Assembly: GCF_009914755.1 (NCBI RefSeq)
Contig: NC_060936.1
DNA length: 64,000 nt
Strand: one strand, 5' to 3'
Origin: the human T2T-CHM13v2.0 reference genome, Homo sapiens
Below the pieces are notes generated by a model. It did no database searches. It was not told where the DNA came from and saw only the letters and a list, made by a program, of their open reading frames with translations. The position numbers were made by a program, and so were the translations under genes. Position 1 is the first letter of the stretch, and every line of letters begins with the position of its first letter. Positions 1 to 11,746 of this stretch are shown one piece after another.

Positions 1-448
1 TCTAACAACAAACCAAAGTATGTCATCTGAGACCAAATAGGCACCTACTAACCAGGATTGTCCTTGGTAAAGCAAGTCAAATGGGGAGGGAAAGTAATTT
101 AAGGAAAAAGTGTCCCTATGTTACTGCCCCCTTCTCTTAATTTTCACTTTTTTTCTGTGCCCTTGTAATATTATACTTTTTTTTTTTTTTTCACAATGTC
201 TCATTCTTCTCTTCAGGCTGCCCTTTCTAGTTTGGGTTCAGCTTTGCTTGCAGCTTAAAAATGTTTAACATCTCTTGGATTTATCTGATTCTTCCATTCC
301 ACTGCCAGTACTTTAACCAGGCTATATCAGCTCTTACTTATTGGGCAAATTGCACAATAAGGGTTCTTGCAAAGTTGATAATTCAGTTTCCTATTTTTTA
401 TCCTCTTTTACTAGTGGCCTGAAACACAAACATCTAAAAAGAGTTTTT

Positions 449-706
449 CCAAACACCGCATGTTCTCACTCATAGGTGGGAATTGAACAATGAGAACACA
501 TGGACACAGGAAGGGGAACATCACACTCCGGGGACTGTTGTGGGGTGGGGCGGAGGGGGGAGGGATAGCATTAGGAGATATACCTAATGCAAAATGACGA
601 GTTAATGGGTGCAGCACACCAACATGGCACATGTATACATATGTAACAATCCTGCACGTTGTGCACATGTACCCTAAAACTTAAGGTATAATAATAAAAT
701 AAGATA
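449..706 (+). mobile_element. 5'-truncated L1PA 3' end (L1PA3/4-like), intronic, sense to NAV3
   Basis: L1 3' UTR sequence (catgttctcactcataggtgggaattgaacaatgagaac...gtaccctaaaactta), G-rich tract and A-rich tail. Has gacGAGttaatgg rather than the L1HS-Ta ACA. Flanking 13-bp TSD aaaaagagttttt at 436-448 and 707-719. Confidence 0.95.
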
Positions 707-1271
707 AAAAAGAGTTTTTACAGAAAGCAATGGGATTAAAGAGCAAGTTGATCACAGGAAAATTGTTATCAGAGAAAGTTTTCCTACTCTAAAAGACAGT
801 TTGAGTAGAGTGAATTAGGCAGAGAAAAATAAGTTACTTTTATTTTATTTCCATCTTTCCAAGGTACACTTTAGTAGAGAACTCTACTTAATATCAAGCA
901 TATTTTTTAAAATCTTCCATAATTGAAGCTTTTATTTTTCAACCTTTAGTTTTCTCTTGGTTTGTCAAATTACTAGTAAATGTGGGCAGTCATTTCTATG
1001 TTTATTTATAATAAACCTCCCGTATATTCTCCCCCAAAAGTTGACATCTATTCCAAATATTCAGCTTCATTTTGTCTAGCCTTCAAGTTTAAAGTGAGCT
1101 ATGTAGACAGATACATGTTTTAAATCTGCAAAACTGTATACAGATACTTAATTCTCTTGAAAGTCCCTTAAGAACTCAATATGTCAAAAAATCACATCCA
1201 ACTAGCAGTCCCCTTTTTTGCTGAATAGAAATGCATTTTATATATATCCTAAACGCGTGGTCAACTTTTAG

Positions 1272-1475
1272 ATGTATGGGAAACGCACACCATGGGAAGA
1301 TCCTTCAAAGTGGGTGCTTGACACATATCCATGGAGCTCAGCAACTCTGCCTCAGGAGAGCCCAGCCTTACTTCAGCTGCGACCAGAAGATGTTGGGTAT
1401 GAAAGCTGCACATCCACTAAGGAAGCCACAACCTCAAAGCACATTCCACAAACTGACACAGAAGGAGATCCCCTG
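1272..1475 (+). CDS. NAV3: Neuron navigator 3, penultimate coding exon (68 codons, MYGKRTPWEDPSKWVLDTYPW...TEGDPL)
   Basis: Acceptor cttttag| at 1270-1271, donor CTG|gtaaga at 1476, 204 nt, phase 0/0. The peptide (WEDP..WV.DTYPW; LLQLRPEDVG) is the recognisable neuron-navigator C-terminal region and joins in frame to the exon at 6729. Confidence 0.95.
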
Positions 1476-3189
1476 GTAAGAATCAGATGTTCATTTCTTC
1501 CTATGTAATCTTGACTACAGTGTATAGTCATTAATATTTAGTTATTTCTAGCGAAGACATTTGTTATCCTAAGCAACATTTGGAACAGTTTTAACCCTAT
1601 TATCTTTGGCCTGCTTTCCATGGATGAAAATCTTAAAGTGAAAACCAAACTTGTATGCTTAAAAAGAAATCAAGAAATGCTACAACCAGAATGAACTCCT
1701 AGACTATAATTTTTCTCTTATTATGCATTAAATTGTGTATATAATTAAATAAATATAATTTTCTATATTATGACTCAATTCAATAGGCATTTAAGAGAAA
1801 ACTCAATTTTTTTCTTAAATAGAAAAACAAAAGTTATGGTATAATGTACTCATGGAGAACTAAAAAATATTTTGCCTATATCAACTAACCTGACTAATTT
1901 TATAGAATGGGTCTTCTCTTGCCTACTGTAGCAAAGGATAAACTGACTTGGAAGTCAAATGGAAGTTATGGTTTATTTACTTTCTAAAATAGTGGAATAA
2001 TTGAAATAAAAGTCTGTAAAACTCCAAAGTATGAATATTCTGAAAATTTTAAGTATGTAGTATTATTAGGAAAAAAAACACTTTTTATATATCTATTTTT
2101 ATTTTTACAGATTACTTTCAATATATTGGTATCAAATGTGAAGTGTTACTAACTCACCATTCTATGAGTATAGAGCTTATTGGACTTTTACAACCAGTAC
2201 AGAAAGAAAAGATACTGAAATAAAAATTCATTATGTTGCTTAAATCAAACTAAGACAAAACATAAATAATTAAAAATCATAACCTATGACTATACCTAAG
2301 GATATAAAATTACTTGATATTTTAAGGAATACCCTTACACCAACAACCCTGACACACACATCATCATCATCATCATCTCAGCTGAACATTTTGGGAGTTT
2401 CTTGTGGAAAACCTGATAAACTTTCAAGATCCTTTACCCAGCAAAATGCATACACACTGAAAATTTGGCATACAATTTTAAGAGTTTCATAAAATCACTG
2501 AAGTATATATATAGACCTACTTAGATTCCAGGGATTTCCTGCTGATTTCTGATCTAGGCGATATCTTCCTTAAGAGCCCAGACTTATATTTTTATAACAT
2601 GGTACCTGGCCTTTTAGATGATTCATAGTTAGGAATCAACAGTGCTGATGAAATTGGTTTGGATTCAGCATAATTGTGAGCATATACTAAATAATTGCTG
2701 ATAGAATGATTAACAGAGTAAATATAAGCTTTAGAATATGAGTATGGATTATTTAATCTGAATTCCTCAAAAATTCCAGTCCTACCTCTGCAGTTTTTAT
2801 ATAATATGTCTGTTTTATAAGGAGAGGTGTTTATAAGATTTGTTCTCAGTTTTAGTCTGTAGAGTATGAAACCCTTAGGAAATGCCCACAACTTTCCCAA
2901 TTCTCATAGTCCAGCTCAGCTCACCCCATAAAGCACTTTTTTTCCTGGTTCTGAATGCACTTGTCTTCTAGTAGAGGAAACAAATTCAAGGTTTTCCCTT
3001 CTGGCATGAGAATTGGGGTAAAAAAATTTCCTGGTTCCTAACCTGCTGCTCTATTAAACATCTTAAGAAACAGGGAGTTATGAGGTCTTACATGCTAAAT
3101 GGTAAAAGACGTCATCTAAAACTAAATATTTGGCAGGCTTTCTCTGGTTTTAAAAAAATAAATATTTCTATCTTTTTTCTTTCTTTCTT

Positions 3190-3406
3190 ACTTTTTTTTT
3201 TTTTTTTGAGACAGAGTTTCATTCTCGTTGCCTAGGCTGTAGGGCAATGGCACGATCTTGGCTCACCACAACCTCCGCCCCCCGAGTTCAAGCAATTCTC
3301 CTGCCTCAGCCTCCAGAGTAGCTGGGATTACAGTCATGCACCACCATGCCTGGCTAATTTTGTATTTTTAATAGAGACGGGGTTTCTCTATGTTGATCAG
3401 ACTGGT
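3190..3406 (-). mobile_element. 5'-truncated Alu (AluSp-like) in the last NAV3 intron
   Basis: Poly-T, then gagacagagtttcattctcgttgcc...ctcctgcctcagcctcc...gggtttctctatgttgatcag; most of the left arm is missing. Confidence 0.9.
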
Positions 3407-3504
3407 GACGATCTATCTGTTTTTATTTCTATGTATTTTTGTAATTACTAGCATGAAGCCAACATATATTTTCAGTCCATTCTAAATCAGAAATCCTACA
3501 AAAT

Positions 3505-3550
3505 ATCCACTATTTAGTGTCAAGAAACATCCACTATTTAGTGTCAGAAA
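3505..3550. repeat. 24-bp tandem duplication
   Basis: atccactatttagtgtca(a)gaaa at 3505 and 3529. Confidence 0.9.
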
Positions 3551-3689
3551 TCCCCATAGCAATGAGTGTAGCAAAGAAACAGGGAAGAAGAGAGGAGAGA
3601 GACTTTTTGAATCTGAATGAGGATGCAAGTTTTTGGTATATCTCACATTATTTTAAAAATACAATGTGTATTCACCATTAACAACAAAG

Positions 3690-4325
3690 AGAATGTTAAT
3701 AAGTATGTCCTTAATGCTAAGACCTGGTGATCAGGAGATAACTACAGTATCATTTCTGATCTCAAGAAGCTTAAAATCCAGTAGTGAAGAGAGACTTCTA
3801 CCTATATGAACTGCAGTAACATAATAGAGGCACATATTAAGTAAAATTGTGAGTTCATTGAGGAAGCAGTTAGAATAAAGCTTTACAGAGGAGATGCTTG
3901 AGCTGGATCTTGAATGATTAATAGGAGTTCACCATATGGTTGCAGGGAGAACATCCAAAATTAAAGAAATAGAATGTGAAACATTAGAGGACAGTGTAAT
4001 AGAAATGATGAGTTTAGGGAACTATACACCAGTTGGTGGTAGGAATTAAAACTGTGGAAGTATACAATTGCTAGATCATGCTAAGCCTTGTTTATCATTG
4101 CAGGAAGTTAAAACGTTATCACAGAGACAGTGGAGAACTGTCAAAGGTGTTTGAGCCATGATTTACCTAGTTAGATCTGCAGTTTCTAAAGATCACTTTA
4201 ATAACAGAGTAGAGAGAGGACAGACTGAAGGAGATAGGATGGAATCTGGAAGCTTAGCAGATTAGATGGTACCAGTGATGATAAGGACTTGATCAAGGTG
4301 TTAGAAATGATAAACATTAAATTTA
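3690..4325 (-). mobile_element. Old L2 LINE fragment
   Basis: Diverged L2-type motifs (ctcaagaagcttaaaatccag; tttacagaggagatgcttgagctggatcttgaatga; tttctaaagatcact). Confidence 0.6.
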
Positions 4326-4335
4326 TGGCTATAGA

Positions 4336-4764
4336 TGCCCTATTCCATTTAGTGTTGCTATAACAGACTATTTGAGGCTGGGCAATTTGTAAAGAAAAGA
4401 GATTCATTTGGCTCATCGTTCTGGTGGTTGAAAAGTCTAGGATTGGGCAGCTGCATCTGGTGAGAGCCTCATGCTGCATGAACTTACGGTGGAAAGTGGA
4501 AGAGGAGTGGGAGTGTGCAGAGAGGTCACGTGGTGAGAAAAGAAGCAAGACTCTTTAATAACCTGCTCTCGCACATGAACTAATCCATTCCCTCCAGAGT
4601 GAGAACTCACTGACCCCTAACCAGAATGCCATTAATCTGTTCATGAGGAATCCACCCCCATGATTCAACACCTCCCACTACGACTCACATCCCAACACTG
4701 CCACAATGGGGATAAAATTTCGACAAGAGTTTCGGAAGTGATATATCACATGCAAACCATAGCA
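4336..4764 (-). mobile_element. ERVL-MaLR solo LTR (MSTC/MSTD-like)
   Basis: gttgctataacagac...aaagaaaagagattcatttggctc...gccattaatctgttcatgagg...aaaccatagca. Confidence 0.8.
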
Positions 4765-6728
4765 GTGAGTGTGGGGAAGAAGTGGGGAAGAAGAGAGGAA
4801 AAATATTAATACTTTTTGGAGAATTGTGATGTATCACGATAATGACTAAATCATACGTAATCTTCTCTTGTAAACTCCCTTGATTTGAATGCACAAAATA
4901 ATACTAGGCAAAGGCAAAGTAAATCCCACGTATACATTTATTATGAATCTGAGATGTGGAATGTATTATAATGGAACATATTTACTATATGACACCATTT
5001 TTAAAAATTAAGACTTTAATAACAATACTATTACACAGTGAAACTTTTACAACATCCAGCATTCAAGTGATTTCAAACATTTGTGCCTAAGATACAACTG
5101 TATCTTTTTTAAAAGATATCATTTATCATTTCTACTCTTACTAAATCACTAGGGTGCTCAAAACTCAGTTTTATTTTACAGATCAGTTTCACCCAAATGC
5201 TTGAACATACAGGCAGCTGCTAATGAGTGACAGATAGATAAAAGAAATGGGAGAAGGAATATGAATGGACATGAAAGTAGGAAGGTAGGGGTGTGGGTGA
5301 CAGAGAAAGAGAGAGGAGAGTGGGAGAGAAAGAAACTATGTTGAAGGAGACATTTGACTTTTTGGCTTACTGGGTTTAAAAAGTTATCACCTACTACTTT
5401 TATTTCATAACCTTATGTAGCTTATTTAATAAATTAGGAGAGTCAGATTGAAAATTAGGTTAAAACATATTTTCCTGAGACTATTAAAATGATTTCAAAT
5501 TATGCTGTAACTGTAGTCTCTTTGTCAGAAAGGAATTCTTGCTGAAATTGGTGATTACCAGTTTATCATTTATTTCACAAGCATTTATCAAGCACACTTT
5601 CTGTAAAGAGCACACAAGCATGCATAGCTTAACATATGACCAAGGAATCGTTTTTTAGATTTCTCCTTTCTATTTCTGTAAGTTGGAAAAAAAAACTTTT
5701 GATTATAGAATAATAAAATTAGTATGCATTAGGTAATATAAAAATTGTTACAATTTATAAAAACCCTTGATATGAAAACAAGTCCACTACCCTCGTAAAG
5801 ACATGTGCCAATTTTTCTGTGCTTTCTAAAATCATTGAACCATTTATTCACAATTTGCCTTTAAACACTTTTTTTCCGAAAAAAAAAAAAAAGTCCATCT
5901 CTAACAGTGGAGCTCCAGATCTATCAAAATTCAAGCAATGTGACTGCTCTTTATTTTATAATACATGGAAATGCTAGCTGCCTTTCTCCCCAGGTGCTTT
6001 CATGCATATGTCCCTTTTACTAGAACAAACATTACCATTCTCCTATAAGGCTGGGAAACTTGAGACAGCCACTATTGTTCCAGATGATAGTTTTTGTTTT
6101 CAGTGATGTATCAATCATATTTTAGCCAGAAATTTAACAACACAAACTTGACAGTAATTCTTTCCTTCTCCCTCTTCAAACACTCATGGTCTGCTTCATT
6201 CAGTCACCTCCTCCCGAGGTCAGCTCCTAAACAGCAGATGGTGTGCTTGTGTGCAGCAGCTGGCTTCATTCCTCTCCATACCCTCCTTCTCTCAAGGGAC
6301 AGTGCGTGTGTGCCTCTGTGTGCGTCTGTGTGTGTATGAACATTCACGACTTTCAGTTGCCATTCAATGCTTTCTGCTTCTCCCAGCCAAAAAGCTGGGA
6401 AGCTTGGCGTACTTTCCAGCAACGAACCCAGATGTCCAGCTGTGATACAGTTTCCTTTCCAGTCTCCCTGCTGGAGCAGTATTCATTCACAACCCCAAAT
6501 AAAAGAGTTATCTAGAGGCCCTATTTTGTCCTTATGGTTTGGTGTTGTAGTCATGTTTGGGAGAAACAGCATAGGAGCCAGGGGCAACGAGTAAAAATCT
6601 AAAATTATTTTCCCCTGTTACTTGGATGGGATAAGATAGCTCTTCGGTGTGGCTCAGGGCCTTGTTTTTTATGGGCTGGCTTACTCAATGCATCATTGCC
6701 TACATCGATGTCTTTTTTCTTTCTTCAG

Positions 6729-6848
6729 ATGAATATGCTAATGAAACTCCAAGAAGCAGCCAATTACTCGAGCACACAAAGCTGCGACAGCGAAAGCACC
6801 AGCCACCATGAAGACATTTTGGATTCATCTCTTGAATCTACCCTCTAG
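6729..6848 (+). CDS. NAV3: Neuron navigator 3, terminal coding exon (MNMLMKLQEAANYSSTQSCDSESTSHHEDILDSSLESTL*)
   Basis: Strong pyrimidine tract tcttttttctttcttcag| ending at 6728, then 39 codons plus TAG (6846-6848). Matches my recollection of the NAV3 C-terminus; the NAV2 paralogue is similar but distinct. Too short to appear in the ORF track. Confidence 0.95.
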   Translation: MNMLMKLQEAANYSSTQSCDSESTSHHEDILDSSLESTL

Positions 6849-9343
6849 AGGGTGAAAAAAGTTAAGGGAAAAGACTTTGCTTTTAAAAAAATGTTTCAAA
6901 AGAAAGGTATTTTCACTAAACCACTGCCAGTATAAAAGCACCCTGTCAAGGGCCCTGACCCAGAGTTGTGGTCTCCAAGGAGGCAGCAGAACTAAGTCTG
7001 AACCGCCAAGATGCTAAATTGCAATGGAAGCTTAACTTTAGTTTATTTCTAAGCATTTTTTATATCTGTGGAGTAATAGAAAGCTCCATTACTCAACTGG
7101 AAAGGACCCTAATGACAGGGCAACTGAACAGATTGCACATGGGATAGCCAAACTGGACTTTCTTTGTTTCCTCTTTAAAAGTTTACAATGCAGACCATTT
7201 TTTGTCCCTTCCTTTTGTTTCCTCTGAGGGGCTGTTCGCCCCAGGCAGGGTCCATCTTTCTGATCTGTCCAACCTCCTTTGTGCCACACGGTGCTGGTCA
7301 CAGGGCTTCAGTAGTGTTTGTGTTGTGCGCTCACCCCATTCCAGAACAAATCCAAGAGGCCAGTCCTCCATAAGCACAAATGGAATTGTGCAACCACCAG
7401 AAAAACACTACTGTGGCAAACTGGAGAAGTGCCAATTTAATTCTAACTGCCACGTTCTCATGATGTGCTCCACCAACTTTTTAGTATATGAGTCACTGGT
7501 TTTATAAGGTTGTTTTTACCACAGTGGTCTTTTTAAACCACCTGCCCACTCCCTTAACAAGAGTTTTATACCAATTATTAGTCAACACTGATAAAAGGCT
7601 TTTTTAGGGCTTTATTTGTTTGAGCCTTTTCAGTGAAAGAAGGAACATTTCCTATGGTGCTGTCTCACTGCCTTAAAACAGATTTCTATGACAGTTTAAC
7701 AGTTGGTTTAAATCCTAAACCATTGGTAATTTCCACTGTCTTTTCATTTACAACCAAGCAACACCAGTTAACATAGTAGCCTCATCTCTATATATCTTTC
7801 TCTTTTTTTTTTTTTTTTTGAAGAAATGGATAGGAGAAAGATCAGTATTTTTAGCCTTGTGAATAGATCGCTTTGCCTATCCTCCAAAATATTAAAATAA
7901 CCCAGAAATGCTCTTTGACCGTCACTTAAAACCTAAGACATGTGGCGAAATTCCATCCAGTTCTAAGTGAAAGAGTTTCAGAAGGCAGGAGATTTTGAAT
8001 TATTATCCAGCAGGGCTGGAAGCACTAGATGCAGCATGAGCACAACTATTCGGCTTTCCTTCCCTATTGTTTTTGTTTTTTTAATGAGTTTTGACGCATG
8101 TTGTTTTGATTGCTATTGTTGTACATGAGAAATTCAGCATTAAAGAACACTGAAGCGGTAAGGTCACTGTGGAAGAGGAAGCGTTTATACTGTAAAAGAA
8201 GGTTAGATTTGCACAGTCTACTGGGTAGGTATTGTAAATAATAATTTTTAAAACTTGCACAAATCAAAACAAACACAAACAAAATTGTATTTTATCCTGT
8301 TGGTGTTAAGAGGTGTTTCACTTGCTGAGATTTCCTGTACATTGCAAACAAATACAGAATGCAAACCCTCAAAGCTGTATTATCTGGTGTGTTTGTCCTG
8401 TATTTACAGTTGTTTTTGACTATGCAGGAGCTATCAGTGCTAGAGTGAGCATGCTTCAAAACTGTACATGAAGCCAATATATTTTTGGATAAGTAAAACT
8501 GTCTGAAAGTACATCTGTCATGGCAGGCTTTAAAGAGAGTGCATGAAAACTGATCAGTCATTGGAGAAGTTACCACCACACACAAAGGACAGGTTTTAAG
8601 TTTATGAAACCCAAGGGCTAGGCCATGGTATAGACTTCTTCTATGAGTGTGTGAAAATGTGTTACTTTTAGGACGTGTATTTGGTGCTACTCTCTGTGAC
8701 CACCAATGGGTCAGTTGCTATAGAACAACAACACCACGAAACATCTGTGCAGTTTTCAGAGTGTCACAAAGTCAATAGGTCCTTACACGGTGCTATTGCC
8801 CTAAGGGAAATCCGAACTGAATTTATGCACATAGAATTGTCACCCTGACTTTGAAGCCTCAAACATGGATCAAATCTGTTGTGAAACATCAATATATGTA
8901 GCTGGATGAGTGACTAGTTTCCCTTGTATAATATGTGATCTAAGAAAATTGCTAATCTTTCCCTGCCATTTTGAGAAACACAGTCCAAACATGAGCATAA
9001 ACAGAATTTCCTGCAATACATCCCAGTAGGTCCACCTAGTTTACAACTTAAACTAGTTTGTGAAACATTTGTCTGTATACATTTTATATTTTGTACATTT
9101 TGATGTAACATATCATGTAAATAGGCAGAAACAGTGAAATAAATCATCTGAAAAGTTTTGTAGTCTTTGTAAAGCCCCAACAATAAGTACTTGGTGTCAA
9201 TGGACTTAACTGGATGATGTATTTTCTATTGGTTTATTGTTCCTCTAGCTTGTAAACCAGCTTGCATATATTTTTTTGCAAATGTGCACCCTGTATCTGT
9301 CTAAATTATTACTTTGCCATTAAAGTGGAATTATTTATTGACA
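6849..9343 (+). other. NAV3: NAV3 3' UTR (end approximate)
   Basis: About 2.5 kb free of recognisable interspersed repeats after the stop, rich in UGUA, U-tracts and miRNA seed matches. Ends near ATTAAA followed by a GU-rich element. Confidence 0.8.
9138..9143 (+). terminator. Candidate proximal polyadenylation signal (AATAAA)
   Basis: Canonical hexamer with upstream TGTA cluster (9074-9119) and downstream gttttgtagtctttgt. Confidence 0.4.
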
Positions 9344-9360
9344 ACATGGTGTGGTTTCTA
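9319..9360 (+). terminator. Probable distal polyadenylation signal (ATTAAA) with downstream GU-rich element
   Basis: ATTAAA at 9319-9324, CA about 18 nt downstream (9342-9343), then tggtgtggtttct; several upstream TGTA motifs. Confidence 0.65.
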
Positions 9361-10119
9361 TTTATGGAAAAAAATGAATAATTTTGCATCAAGAAGTGTC
9401 AAGCTTTAAAATGTTGCTTGCACTATTAATATGCCATCAATAGGACTGTATGCAAATTTCTATTTTATAAACATAAAAAGGGCTTCAGCTTTCAAGTAAA
9501 TAAAGGTAATCAGTTTATCTTTTTCAATGATAGTTATTTAGTGAATATTTTAGAAAACTCTGAATAGTTTTCCTAAATAGCCGATGATAAAGTAAGAATA
9601 TAAAATAAAATGTTGAGATTCACTGAGTTAAATTAACTCAATAAATGTTTCTTTGTTTTTATTGCATTAAATCCTCTTTTGAACTTTTAGCTCTAAAGAT
9701 TATTTTAAAGCAAACTAATTATTTGGGTGGTAGTTTATTTATTTTAATAGAGAAGATTAAAAAAAGAAAAAAGAACCTGTTTTAAAATTATAATTTCTTT
9801 TTAAGTATCTTGGAAATCTCTTTAACCTCAGTAATTGGAATGTATATTTCTGATGGTATAAGTAGGATTTTAATTCTAAAAGCAGGAAAACTTCCGAATT
9901 AGAATAGTTTTAGAGCAAAAAAGAAAGGTACTAGTTAAAATAGACCAATCATCCATAATGGGTTATAATCAGTGCATTTGTTCCTTCACTCAATTGGGAG
10001 ATAAGGAAATTTCCACAATTTATCTTATTCAGACAAACATTGAATTTAGCCAAAACTTCAGTACAGTTCTGCTAAATGCAATTTCAGGCTGCCTAAGTAT
10101 ACATCCTAATATTGTCATT

Positions 10120-10745
10120 CTTTGTGTGACCTTGGCCAATTTACTCAAACTCTATGTGCCTCATTTTCCTCACTCATAAAGTGATGATAATAATAGTATC
10201 CACCTCTCACAGATTACTCTGAAGATCAAATGGGTTATTACATGGAAATTCCTTAAACGGTGCCTAGCCCTCCATAAATTGTAACTGCTTTAACAACAAT
10301 TAATTAACAAAATAGTAAGAAATATTTATTATTTTATTTTCAAACATTCTTGAGAATAAGGTGTAAATAAATTTATTTTAAGGTTTTGAAAGAATATATA
10401 TTTTAACTCAATTTCCTCATTTATAAAATGGGCATAGAAATAGTACTTATTCATAGGGCTGTGGAGAGGATTGAGTTTAGATCTGTAATCAGAATAATAG
10501 CTATCACTCAAGAAACTTTCAATAACTGTTAGCTTCTATGTTAACACTGCCGTTACTATAAATGAGTAATATCAGTAATGTAATAGTCTCAGGATTCAAT
10601 TTACTCATCTATAAAATGAGATTATTATAGTATCTATCTACTCATAAGATTGTTTTGAATAATGAATATTTTAAAATATGTAAAATACTCAGAAAAGATT
10701 CTGTCCTGGCTTAAATGTTACCTAAGTGTTAGCTGTTATTATACC
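10120..10745 (+). mobile_element. Three successive MIR fragments (~10120-10290, ~10400-10540, ~10585-10745)
   Basis: Repeated MIR core variants: gtgaccttggcc...cctcattttcctcac; ctcaatttcctcatttataaaatggg; caatttactcatctataaaatgag. Confidence 0.7.
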
Positions 10746-10830
10746 TAATATGTGCCAGGCAATTTTCCTAGGAATCAGCGCCATTGAGACACAGGCTATG
10801 GTCCTAAAGGATTTAACAGTTAGTAAAATT

Positions 10831-11161
<331 letters not shown>

Positions 11162-11429
11162 CTAAGTTCTCCACTATGAGGTTGACTGTAAAAAGCCCTG
11201 TGAATAGTCCACTGAATAGTTGTACAGGATATATTTTCAGATACTGATAGAATCAATGATACCAGTGAATTTTGTTTACATTTGGAGAAATTCAAGTACT
11301 ATCTTTATTTCAGGCTTTGGATTTTTCACATTAAAAAAAGAAAAATATTATTTTTATAAATAATAGGCCACCTTAAAAATGTCTATTTCTATTTCTTTGA
11401 TCAGTGAAGATGTTTAAAAGGAAGCTTCA

Positions 11430-11746
<317 letters not shown>

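Noticed and set aside
1231-1479. Overlapping 82-aa ORF as a dual-coding frame
   Set aside because: Starts in the intron, has no recognisable protein features, and is explained as a shadow of the NAV3 exon.
3190-3410. Exonisation of the antisense intronic Alu
   Set aside because: The acceptor-like poly-T/AG is present as in any antisense Alu, but I see no convincing donor at the usual position.
6094-6594. Cluster of five overlapping ORFs before the last exon as a novel gene
   Set aside because: Low-complexity TG/CT-rich composition suppresses stops; no coherent exon structure or homology seen.
6849-6935. Stop-codon read-through adding a 28-aa lysine-rich tail (RVKKVKGKDFAFKKMFQKKGIFTKPLPV)
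   Set aside because: UAG-A is not a known leaky context, and a 28-codon open frame is unremarkable by chance.
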